NCBI GenBank assembly: GCA_024137785.1
Contig: JAHRHZ010000016.1
Span: 32,829,962-32,893,961, forward strand
Direction of reading: 5' to 3'
DNA length: 64,000 bases
Source: Ginglymostoma cirratum
Taxonomy: Eukaryota
Every line of letters starts with the position of its first letter. Position 1 is the stretch's first letter. The notes beneath the pieces were generated by a model, which was given only the letters and a program-made list of their open reading frames with translations, searched no databases and was not told where the DNA came from. Below, piece by piece: positions 11,336 through 21,429 of this stretch. A program made the translations under genes and the position numbers.

Positions 11336-12654
11336 TGGATTTTCCGAGGAGTAGTAATCTAATGTAAATTGTCACTCTGCTGTTCATTTTTATGACATGA
11401 AAGGATTCTGTTTTTCTGACAGGAGATTACGAACATGGCTTCTTTGGAAATGTGGAGCCATGCTTTCAATCTGAAAGTTCCCTCATAATCCCGAACTGTC
11501 AAAGATAGAGAAATTATGCCTGATTGATTGGAAAAATACAGTGTCAGGTAGGTAGTATGCCCAGTAAAAAGTGTGCCAAGTGGGTAGGATGCCAAGTGAG
11601 AAGAGATAGTTTTCAGGCTGGTAGGGTGCAAAGTGGGCAGGCTGTCAAGGGTGTAGACCATCACAATGTAGACATTGTGGCAAGAGGCAGTGATGGAGTG
11701 TTGAGGGTCGGTCGGTGGGGGGGTGAGAGAGATTGAATCCACAGGACTGTGAGATCATGTTTGTTGGTCCTGGAAGGGGGTTCAGATATGACAATAGCAG
11801 AGGGAGTGTCATTTCAGCAGTAGGAAAGAGGAATGAGTCCTAGGGGTATCAGGGCTGAAGCAGAGGCTGAGGGATTGAATCAATGGTGGGCGGGAAGATG
11901 CCAGGTCCGGTGCAGATAAAGTAGCGATTTGGGCCTGAAGCAACAAAAAGATAGCAGGTTGGTTCTGGAGCAGTGAAAAGGACAGGAGTTGGTGGTGAGG
12001 AAAAAAGGCTCAGGTCCTTGGTATAGAATGGGGACATTGGGTCTGGTGACATGGAACTGTGGGATCCAGAGAAAAGGGAGTCTCAGATGAGGGGTGGGAG
12101 GATTTTAAAGGCCTGGAGAGGTGTAATTCAAGGTGTGCAAGGTAAATTAGTGGTCAGTTTAATAGTTATGACTTAGATTAGGTACTTCATAGTCTAAATT
12201 CTCCTAAGTAACTATTTAACTAAGTAACTATCTAAATTTCAGCAGACCATCCAAATTTTGTGACTTAAATGGATACTTTTGAGTTTCTGACCAAGGGGAA
12301 GTGTCCAGCAGAATCTGAAATTTAAAATAAAATACATTTAAAAGAACAGTGGATGCTGGAAATCTGAAACAAAAATAGAAATTGCTGGAGAGATGCTTTG
12401 CTGGTCTTGAAACTTTAGCTCTGCTTTTTCTCCACAACTGCACCAGAACTTTGGAGTTTCTCCAGTAATTTCTGTTTGAGAATTTGCAAATTCCTGGGCT
12501 ATACTGATGGAGTTAGAGATAACGGGGATTTTGGGTTGCCAAACTCAACTCCTAGCTATGCTTCAGAAACAGTTATCTGGCCATTGGAAACTCCAGGTTA
12601 ATGTGAGTTAGAAATAATGTGCCATGTATCAATGTGCCCAGTTTGTCAAAGTAC

Positions 12655-13015
12655 ATTGTTAATCAATGTACATCATTGTACAGTGTGGCTCAATGTATAA
12701 TGTTTCAATGTACGGTGTGAATCAATGATCAGTGTGAGTAAATGTGCAGTGAGTGATTGCTCAGTGTTGGTGAATGGGGAGTGTAAGCGAGTGTGCAGTG
12801 AAAGGTCAAATAGGTTGCGTCCATATTCAGTGTGAGTCAATATACAGTCGGTGCCAAGGTGCAACTTGAGGGCAATATGCAGGCATTGTGAGACATTGTT
12901 CAGCTTTTGCAAATGTACAATGAGAATCCGTGTACAGTGCAAGTGAATCTAATGCAAATCAATGTGCTCAGAGTTTTTGTGCAGTGTGATTCAATGCTCA
13001 ATGTGAGACAATATG
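12655..13015. repeat. Degenerate ~17-bp minisatellite, array 2
   Basis: Same unit family, e.g. cagtgtgagtcaatatacag and cagtgtgagtaaatgtgcag. Confidence 0.7.
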
Positions 13016-13099
13016 TTGACTATGGCGTGGGCACTCAGACCAGAAATTAACAGTGTTTGGTATAATTTAGCTCAGTTGAATCTGAATCCCAAACTTCAA

Positions 13100-13450
13100 T
13101 AAAAGGAGAACACCTTGCATGACCTCAAGGCATGTCAATGTTCTCTATAACCAATGAAGTAATTTTGACATCTCGTCTCTGTCATATTGTAGGTTAATGC
13201 ACCAGTCAATGGATGCACATCAATATTCCACAAACATCACGTGAAAGCAGATAATCTGAATGATATCTGAATGATTGCATATTGGCTCAGGACAACTGGA
13301 AAAAACAACTCCACTGTTTTTCTTCAAGAACATATCTCTTTTACAAGCACCTGAAAGAATGGATAGAGCCTTGGTTTAACATTTCAGCTGAACAGTGCAG
13401 TAGGTCCTTAATCCCGCACTGGAGTTTCAACCCATATCATGTGCTTTGCA
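13100..13450 (-). mobile_element. Old Deu-domain SINE (AmnSINE1/SacSINE1-like)
   Basis: The reverse complement resembles the Deu core and L2-type tail (GTTAAACCAAGG...CAGGTG..TGTAAAAGA; CAGATTATCTG; ACTTCATTGG). Confidence 0.6.
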
Positions 13451-13629
13451 ATGGGACTTGCATACACAATATTTCATTCAGGCTACCTTGCAATTTCTGT
13501 TGAAAGGCCTATACAGTTACTTGTACGTCACAACTGATTACATGAGTTTTGTCAGTGAAAGTTGGCATCTTAACCTGAATGTAGTGGGCATTGAAGTTGC
13601 GTTCAATTATTTACTTACACATGCATTTT

Positions 13630-13884
13630 TAAGCTGGGGTCATGATGATGGGTTGTGCTCTAAATGCAAGTTATCAGCTTTTCTTTTAAATATACATGTG
13701 GGGGATTTTCAAGTAAACCTATGCTATTTACCAGTATGAGAGTGGTAATTCTGTATTAAGCTGGGGTCATGGATGATGAGTTGTTCTTGAACTGTAAGGT
13801 ATCAGTTCTTCTGTTAAATGAACCTGTGGGGGATTTTCAAGTAATTGATGCTATTTACCAGTAAGAGAGTGGTACTTCTAAATT
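13630..13884. repeat. Tandem duplication, 2 x ~127 bp
   Basis: TAAGCTGGGGTCATG...TGTGGGGGATTTTCAAGTAA...TGCTATTTACCAGTA.GAGAGTGGTA occurs at 13630 and 13757. Confidence 0.85.
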
Positions 13885-14166
13885 AAAGAACAAACCGAAA
13901 AAAAAATAGAAATAGAGATCATTTGATGATTTTTCTGGGCAACAAAGTAGTAAGAAGAATTTGAAAACCACATGAAAAATGGTCAGACACAATTTGAAGC
14001 AGAATAGAAGTTACATTTACACTGCCACACTAGGAAACAGGAAAGCAATCACAAAAATGATACTAGCTAAACAGTGAGTACTTGATCCGTGAACTGGTTA
14101 AGTAAGTGATCTGGTGTGTGGTGAGTCAGTTCCAAATTGGGATACAGACCGTGCAGAACCATCAAA

Positions 14167-14468
14167 AAGAACAAAGAACAAAGAAAATTACAGCACAGGA
14201 ACAGGCCCTTCGGCCCTCCAAGCCTGTGCTGATCCAGATCCTCTATCTAAACCTGTCACCTATTTTCCAAGGATCTGTATCCCTCTGCTCCCTGCCCATT
14301 CATGTGTCTGTCTAGATACATCTTAAATGACGCTATCGTGCCCCCCTCTACCACCTCCGTTGGCAAAGCATTCCAGGCGCCCACCACCCTCTGCATAAAG
14401 AAATTTCCATGCATATCTCCCTTAAACTTTTCCCCTCTCACCTTGAAATCATGACTCCTAGTAATTGA
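14167..14468 (-). mobile_element. CR1/HER1 3' fragment
   Basis: ORF 14256-14474 (FFMQRVVGAWNALPTEVVE) and a (GTTCTTT)n tail. Confidence 0.88.
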
Positions 14469-14510
14469 AGACAATCAAGACAAGCTTAGGTGCCATCTTC
14501 CAGATTGAAT

Positions 14511-14945
14511 CTCAATGCATAGTGTGATTCAATGTTCCGTGAGTCAATGTGCATTCTGAATCAATATGCAGTACAGGGTCAATATACAGTATGAATCAAT
14601 GTGCAGTGTGTGCCGTTGTGCAGTGCAAGGTCAGTATGCAGTGCTTGTGAGCCAATACGCAGTGTGAGTCAATATACGTTGTGAATTAATGTGCTGTACG
14701 TTGATGTGCAATAAGTGGTCCATATGCAGTAAGTCAATGTGCAGCGTGAGTGAATGTGCAGGCCAAGTGAATGTGCTATTTGAGTCAGTGTACTGTATGA
14801 GTGAAAGTACAGTGTGAGTCAATGTGAATCAATATAGAGTGTGAATGAATGTGCAGTGTGAGTGAATCAAAGTATGGTGTGTGTCAATATGCATAGTGTG
14901 ATTGTACAGTGTTAGGTCAAAATGCATGGTGTGAATGTGCAGTTT
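14511..14945. repeat. Degenerate ~17-bp minisatellite, array 3 (best conserved)
   Basis: Many units such as gtgagtcaatgtgca and cagtgtgagtcaatatacg. Confidence 0.75.
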
Positions 14946-15051
14946 GATCAAGAGATTAAGCAAGATCCTGATATGAAGAAGTAAGAGGGTAAGATGATTA
15001 TCCTTTGACCTGTTATTTTGGTGTATCATTTGAGAAGAGGATATTAATCAA

Positions 15052-15275
15052 AAGAAAAATATTGCAAATGCTGGAAATCTGAAATAAAATAAGAAAATGT
15101 TGGAGAAACTCAATATGTCTGGCAGTGTCTGTGAAGAGAGAAGCAGGGTTAATATTTTGAGTCCAAAGGCTCTTCTTTGGAATTCCAAAATAGGATCATT
15201 GGACTTGGAATGTTAACTCTGCTTCTCTCTCAAAAGCTACTGCCAGATCTGTTAAGTTTCTACAACATATATTCT
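15052..15275. mobile_element. Older fold-back Penelope-derived element
   Basis: Diverged inverted arms around the palindromic centre TTTGGAATTCCAAA (15176-15189); the arms resemble 8978-9208. Confidence 0.65.
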
Positions 15276-16934
15276 TTTTTAAGTTGGGAACTATATTGTT
15301 ATGTGTATGTATACACTCTGTATCCAGAGTGCCAGAACAGGAACTACTGCATGACAGTCAGTGTGCCGAGGTATTATTATATCATTCTGCTCCTCAAGAT
15401 AAAATTTAGAAAAATGCATTGATGAAAGCTCCAATATTTGTGTCTGAAATTATGATTGTATAAAACTTCTGGGAGTAATTGTTGGATGTAACATTATACA
15501 TCAACAATATGGTTACCTGTATTTTTGATGCATCATACTTTTGTAATGAGTCCATTACAAAAATAAAATCAATTGGTTTCACTGCAAATCGCATTGCTTT
15601 CCATTTGCAGAAGCTTGAAAGGGGCACAAAACTGCAAATAGTGGTGATAGGAATTGTCTGTACAAAAATCTCTAGCTACCACAGTTATCAGTGTCGCTGG
15701 ATGAATCAGCTGCGCATTTACTGCCCATGATCTTGATAGACTTGTTCATTCCATTCCTCAAGGACAGTATTATAAGTTTGAGTGGTTTCTTACTGGCAAA
15801 AGTAAACTTTACAACTAATTCAAAGAGGGTCTGACCAAAAAGACCTCTTTCTAATTGCTTAAAAAAAAGAATTTTGTAAGCTATGTAATGAGGTGTGACC
15901 ATTTCTCTTAGCATCCCTGAGTTAGAAGAGGTAAGTGACCATCCAGTATCCCGCACCTGATCACGTTCCCCTGAGGCCCTTTGGAAAAGGTTGTGTGGGG
16001 ATATCTGGTGCGAAGAGATCCAGCCTCAGCTGTAATCACTCAGCTACTCTGCTGAAGTTCCCATACACTATAATGAGTCATTGGAGAAATGCCAGCGTTC
16101 GATGAACTATACCCCAGTAAGTTGTAGGAGAAGAGAGAGGAAAGTGGAAACAAAACCATTACACAGAAATGTCAACAGCTGAATTTCTCTTAAAACCAAA
16201 GCATGTCAAAAATAACAGAGCAAGGCAAAGTGCATTACTGACTAATCTTCCAAATATTTTATCAGCTTCTGAAATTAAGTACAGCCCTCTTTTAAATATT
16301 GTGACCATTTCCAAAGAAAATAGTGGAAAAATCTGAATATTTATGAAATACAATTTCTCCAGATCCACACGTAACGATATGACTTCTTCCTGCACATGGG
16401 ATGTGCTTTCTGTTGATAAGAACCAATGTATCTCACCCATATGAATGAAATTCACTCAAGTGTTAGATTGCAATATGAAAGAAAAGTAAACTTCCAATTT
16501 CTTGCAGTCACTGCCTCTGGTAACAGCCTTAGTTAAAACATTATCTCCACCTCACAGATGCATGAAAAGAAGCCATTGAGACAGCACATGCAATGCCTCA
16601 ATGGGTAAGTGCTGTACCTGTTCAGAACAGAGACTAGTTCTCAGGTTCAAACTTTGGTCTAGCCTCACCTAGCTGATATCTGCCAAGGCAAATGGGAGCA
16701 AAATGATTGGGTTCTGTGTCTCTGCAATAAAGCGGTAAACAAATTCTGTAAAAGTTCCTCTTTCCAGTTATTGTCATTTTGAGTCCTACTGGGTAATAGT
16801 TTAGGCCAAGGACAAACCTTGAGTTGAGCTCAGATGTGATAGCCCCAGTTGACTACAGTGTGGGCACTCTGGCCAGAAATTAACAGAGCTTGGAATAACT
16901 TGGGGCAGAAAGCATGTGAGTCCCAGATTTTCAA

Positions 16935-17190
16935 TAAAAAGGGAACACCTTGCGTGACCTCAAGGCATCTCAATGTTCATTTGAACCAAAGAGAAACGTT
17001 TTGAAATCTCATCTCTGTCATAATGTAGATAAATGCGTCAGCCAATGGATGTGTATCAATTTTCCACAAACATCATATGAGAGCAGATAATCTGCATGAG
17101 AATGCATATTGACTCAGGACAACCGGAAAAACTCCACTGCTTTTCTTCCAAAATATATTCCTTTTACAGGCACATGAGAGGGCAGATAGG
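16935..17190 (-). mobile_element. Deu-domain SINE fragment (duplicated copy of 13100-13370)
   Basis: Colinear with 13100-13370, including the upstream flank. Confidence 0.6.
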
Positions 17191-17215
17191 AACATCAGAA
17201 CATAGGAACAGGAGT

Positions 17216-17353
17216 AAAAACCGAAAAAACTGCGGATGCTGTAAGTTAGGAACAAAAACCAAGTTGCTGGAAAAGCTCAGCAGGTCTGGTAGCATCTGTG
17301 AAGGAAAGAAACAGAGTTAACGTTTCGGGTCCGGTGACCCTTCCTCAGTGTCT
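17216..17353 (-). mobile_element. 138-bp Penelope-derived hammerhead-headed insertion (family B)
   Basis: 14-bp TSD ATAGGAACAGGAGT at 17202-17215 and 17354-17367; inserted in a CR1 3' tail. Confidence 0.88.
17315..17348 (-). ncRNA. Minimal hammerhead ribozyme motif
   Basis: The reverse complement reads CTGAGGA-A-GGGTC(ACCG)GACCC-GAAA-CG-TT-AACT, with an intact core, stem II and AACGTT palindrome; the 5' stem I strand is truncated. Confidence 0.6.
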
Positions 17354-17934
17354 ATAGGAACAGGAGTGTCCATTCAACCTCTCCTACCTCTTCTACCACT
17401 GAATAAAATCATGGTTGATCTTTGGCCTAACTCCAAATACTTGCTTTCGAACTATATCCTTTAATACTTTTTTAAAAAATCTATCTTTCTCAGATTTAAA
17501 GTTAACAACTGATCTAGCATTCACTGCCATTTGTGGAAGTGTATTCCAAAAATTTCCCACCCTTTGTGTGTAGAAGGGCTTCCTAATATCTCTTCTGAAC
17601 TTACTGTGAAAACCACAGAAAAAGGCCTTAGGTATGATTTGAAGCAGTACTGAAGTTACATTTGCACTGGCACCCTAGAAAACAAAAAAAGCTGTTACAA
17701 AAATACTAGTAGTTAAGCAGTGACTACTTGAACAGTGAACTGGCTCGATCAATGATCTGTCAGGCAGTGAATCAGTCCCAAATTAGGAAATGGATGCTGC
17801 AGAATCATCAAGACAATTGTGGGTTCTATCCAGATGCAAAAAGAGAAAAATGTACCAATAAAAATGTCAGAGTTACATCAAAAAATAGCAGGAAATTTTA
17901 AAAAGGAGAAGCACAGCATGTATTTTTTTTCATT

Positions 17935-18243
17935 AGAATCCCTACAGTGTGGAACCAGGCCCTTCAGGCCAATAAGTCCACACCAACCCTTGGAGCATTC
18001 CACCCAGACCCATCCCCCTATAACCCACACACCCCTGAACACTATGGGCAATTTAGCATAGCCAATCCACCTAGCCTGCAGATCTTTGGACTGTGGGAGG
18101 AAACTGGAGCACCTAGAGGAAACCCATGCAGACACAGGGAGAATGTGCAAACTCCATACAGACAGTCACCTGAGGCTGGAATTGAACCTGGGACCCTGGT
18201 GCTGTGAGGCTGCAGTGCTAACCGCTGAGCCACTGTGCCACCC
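17935..18243 (-). mobile_element. HE1 SINE, full length
   Basis: Head GGGTGGCACAGTGGCTCAGCGGTTAGCACTGCAGCCTCACAG, V-domain and HER1 tail. Confidence 0.95.
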
Positions 18244-18364
18244 AATTTATATTTAATACCACCCAAATATTGCTGAATCTCTTGTAGTCTCGCTATTGTA
18301 AATCCCTTAAACATCAAGAATATTTTTTATAAATGTCAGAGTTCATTGGGAAGGGACTTCCAAA

Positions 18365-19270
18365 TGCCAAGGAATGAATTGGAAGGCCACAGATGTCCAA
18401 ACCAAACTTAGGCTATTTAAACAAAGGATTGAGCTATCCTTCCCAGACTTAGATATTGCTCAAGCAGATAAGCATAGCTTATCAGCCAGAAATATCAATT
18501 CGTTAGTTCATCACTAGGTGACATCACATGGTCAAGGACTATGACTTCTCAGACGGTCAGCTGTCTGAACAGGAAATGGAGGCAGTTACAGCTTTAATGC
18601 CCTTCAAAGATTCCCACAAAGACATCTTAGACAAAAACAAAGCTAATGACATTTTTTTTCTAACAGGTGATACTACTGAATGGCTTGCTAGGCTATTTCA
18701 GAGGGCAGTTAAGATTCAACCACATTGCTGTTGGGTCTGGAGTCACAGGTAGGCCACACCTAAGTAGGTAAGTATGTTAGTTTCCTTCCCTAAAAGAAAT
18801 TAGCGAACCAGGTGGATTTTTACAGCAATTGATTCGTGGTCATCATTTGACTTCTAGATCCAGCTTATTATTGAATTCACATTCCATCATCTGTCCTGGT
18901 GTGATTTGAACATAAGTCTCCAAAATATTGTCTGCATCTCTGGATTATTAGCCAAGCAAGCGTACCACTAGGCCATCATCTCCCCCAAATCCTCATAGTG
19001 CTAAAAGACAACTGAAAATTTGAAGCCATTGTAGCCAGAAAATAACGTTTGCAGGCATTAGATCCAGTAATATCACATTATTGGTTTAGGGCACGACAAA
19101 GAAGCAAGACATGTGGGAAGTGTATTCTGTTGTACCCACCCCAAAAGTGTCCGGCATTTCAAGATATTTGCAAGTTATGAAGTGGAAAGGATATTGAGCA
19201 TTCATATGACAAGAATTTAGCTCCAGAGTTGCAACCAAAGGCTAAAATAGGACAAAACCAAACAAAAAAC
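18365..19270 (+). mobile_element. Decayed Gypsy gag fragment (interrupted by a SINE)
   Basis: PRMNWKATDVQTKLRLFKQRIELSF N-terminus and a Zn-knuckle-like CGKC..YPPQKCPAFQDIC at about 19110-19190. Confidence 0.65.
18680..18987 (-). mobile_element. tRNA-derived SINE (same family as 4768-5122)
   Basis: The reverse complement starts GGGGAGATGATGGCCTAGTGGTA and contains GTGACTCCAGACCCAACAGCAATGTGGTTGA. Confidence 0.75.
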
Positions 19271-19289
19271 ATGTACTGCATGTTTGGAG

Positions 19290-20373
19290 GCAAGATGGGC
19301 CAAAGTGAGAAGAGAAAACAGAAAGCAAAGAGTGGGCATAAATGAGTGTTTTTCTGGTTGGCAATCAGTGGCTAGTGGAGTGTCTCAGTGATCAGTGTTG
19401 GGACTGCAATTGTCTACAATTTACAAAGGTGATTCAGAGTTGAGGACCAAGTGTAGTCTGTCTGGTAAAATCATTGTAGAGCAAAGTGGGCAGAGGACAC
19501 TGAAAGTCTGCTCAGGGCTATAGATAGGTTAAATCAGAGGGCAAGGGTCTGGCAGATGGAGTACAATGTTGGTAAATGTGAGGTCATCCATTTTGGTAGG
19601 AATAACAGCAAAATGGACTATTATTTAAATGTTGAAAAAAATGCAGTTTGCTGTTGTGCAGAAGGACCTGAGTATCCTTGTTCATGAATCACCAAAAGTT
19701 GGTTTGCAGATGCAGCAGGTAATTAAGAAAACAAATTGAATATTGTCCTTCAGTGCTAGAGGGATGGAGTTTAAAAAATAGGGAGATTGTGCTGCAGCTG
19801 CATAGGGTACAGGTGAGGCCACACCTGGAGTGCTGAGTACAGTTTTGCTCTCCTTAGTTGGGAACGGATGTACTGGCAGTGGAGGGAATGCAGAGGAGGT
19901 TCATAAGTTAATTCCGGAACTGAGAGTGGCTTAAGAAGAGACATTAAGTAGACTGGGACTATACTAATTGGAATTTAGAAGAGTGGGCGGGGATCTTACA
20001 GAAACATATAATATTATGAAGGGAGAAGATAAGAGAGAAGCAGGGAGGTTGTTTTAACTGGCAAGTGAAACCAGAACTAAGAGGCATAGCCTCAAAATAA
20101 AGAGGAGATTTAGGACTGAGTTGAGGAGGATCTTCTTCACCCAAAGGGTTGTGAATCTGTGGAATTCCCTGCCCAGTGAAGCAGTTGAGGCTGCCTTGTT
20201 GAATGTTTTTTAAGGCAAAGATAGATAATTTTTTGAACAATTAGGGAATTAAGGTTTATGGTGAATAGGAGGGGGTGGAGCTATGTCCACAAAAATGCTA
20301 TGATCTTATTGAATGGCGGAGCAGGCTCAAGGGGCCAGATGGCCTACTCCTGCTCCTGGTTCTTATGTTCTTA
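19290..20373 (+). mobile_element. CR1/HER1 LINE 3' ~1.1 kb
   Basis: WQMEYNVGKCEVIHFG and FFTQRVVNLWNSLPSEAVE peptides; tail CCTACTCCTGCTCCT..TTCTTATGTTCTT. Confidence 0.9.
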
Positions 20374-20839
20374 ATTCAGAGCAAAAAGAACTCCCAAGGT
20401 TGGAGAATTTCCACATTGTGAAGTTGACACATTGGCCTGAATCTTCTGGTCTGAATTGAAATGTCTATTCGGATCCAGACCAGATTAAAAATTACCCATT
20501 TACGTTTTGTGCTTTTTTTGAGTGGGTTTCTAACCTAGGATCCTTCCAAGCTGAAGAAGGGTAATTGAGCCCTGAAGTCCACAAAGACAGGAACAGGGAA
20601 CATAAAAATGGAAACCACACCACTGTTTTCAGCAGTTAGTGACTTATTCTATGGTTTACATGCCTAGTAGCTACTTTGGCAGCTATTGAAAGAAGGTATG
20701 TGCGAGAATAGGGTGAATGGGTAGGTCGAGAGTACTGAGCGCGGTAACCATGAGAATTGGTGATAGAAATTTGGAGACAGATAGCTGAAGATGTCATGGA
20801 GGTAGAGTGCAAGATGGGTGAGTGTGATTAGGGACTGGA

Positions 20840-21155
20840 GTTTTCAGATTTTGACCCAGTGAACATGAAGAGCTGATGGTACCTTTCCAAGTGAGGATGG
20901 CATGTGGCTTGTCAAGGAAACTTGTAGGTGATGTGTTCCTATGTACCTGCTGCCATTGTCCTTCCAGATAGTAGTCACGGGTTTGGAAGATGCTGTCAAA
21001 GGATCTTGAGTGAATTTCTGCAGTGCACTTGTAAATGGTATACACAGCTGCTACTGAGTGTTGGTGGTGGGGGGAATGAATGTTTATGGATGTGATGCCA
21101 ATCAAGGGGGCTGCTTTGTCCTGAATTGTGTCAAGTTTCTTAACAACAGCTAGCA
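20840..21155 (-). mobile_element. CR1-clade LINE fragment (second family)
   Basis: KKLDTIQDKAAPLIG...IHSPHHQHSVAAVYTIYK; homologous to 47955-48580 and 57610-58600. Confidence 0.7.
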
Positions 21156-21302
21156 CTAATTAAATGTAAGTAACCAACCCACATACAATTTGGAAACAAG
21201 CAAGTGAGAAATTCCGATCTCCAGAAGGTTGTACCATCCTAAGATCTGAGAGGATTGTCAAAGCACCTCTTTGGTATAAATCCTCTTACACATGTAAATT
21301 TT

Positions 21303-21429
21303 TTCTGAGGAAGGGTCCAGACCTGAAACATTAGCTTTCCTGCTCCTCTGATGCTGCCTGGCCTGCTGTGTTCATGCAGCTCCACACCTTGTTATCTCAG
21401 ACTCCAGCACCAGCAGTTCCTACTATCTC
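21303..21429 (+). mobile_element. Penelope-derived hammerhead-headed insertion (family A)
   Basis: TSD TAAATTTT at 21295-21302 and 21430-21437; core CTGAGGA-A-GGGTC(CA)GACCT-GAAA-CA-TT starts at 21305. Confidence 0.82.

Noticed and set aside
11003-14945. Periodic repeats as a CRISPR-like array
   Set aside because: The units are degenerate and adjacent with no unique spacers, the context is eukaryotic, and no cas genes are present.
15595-15650. KLERGTKLQIV resembles an antigen-receptor J segment
   Set aside because: It lacks the F/W-G-x-G motif, no recombination signal sequence is visible upstream, and there is no convincing splice donor.
17878-18317. Recurrent short ORFs (also near 34000, 45500, 52450 and 61900) suggesting a gene family
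   Set aside because: All are read-through translations of HE1 SINE copies.
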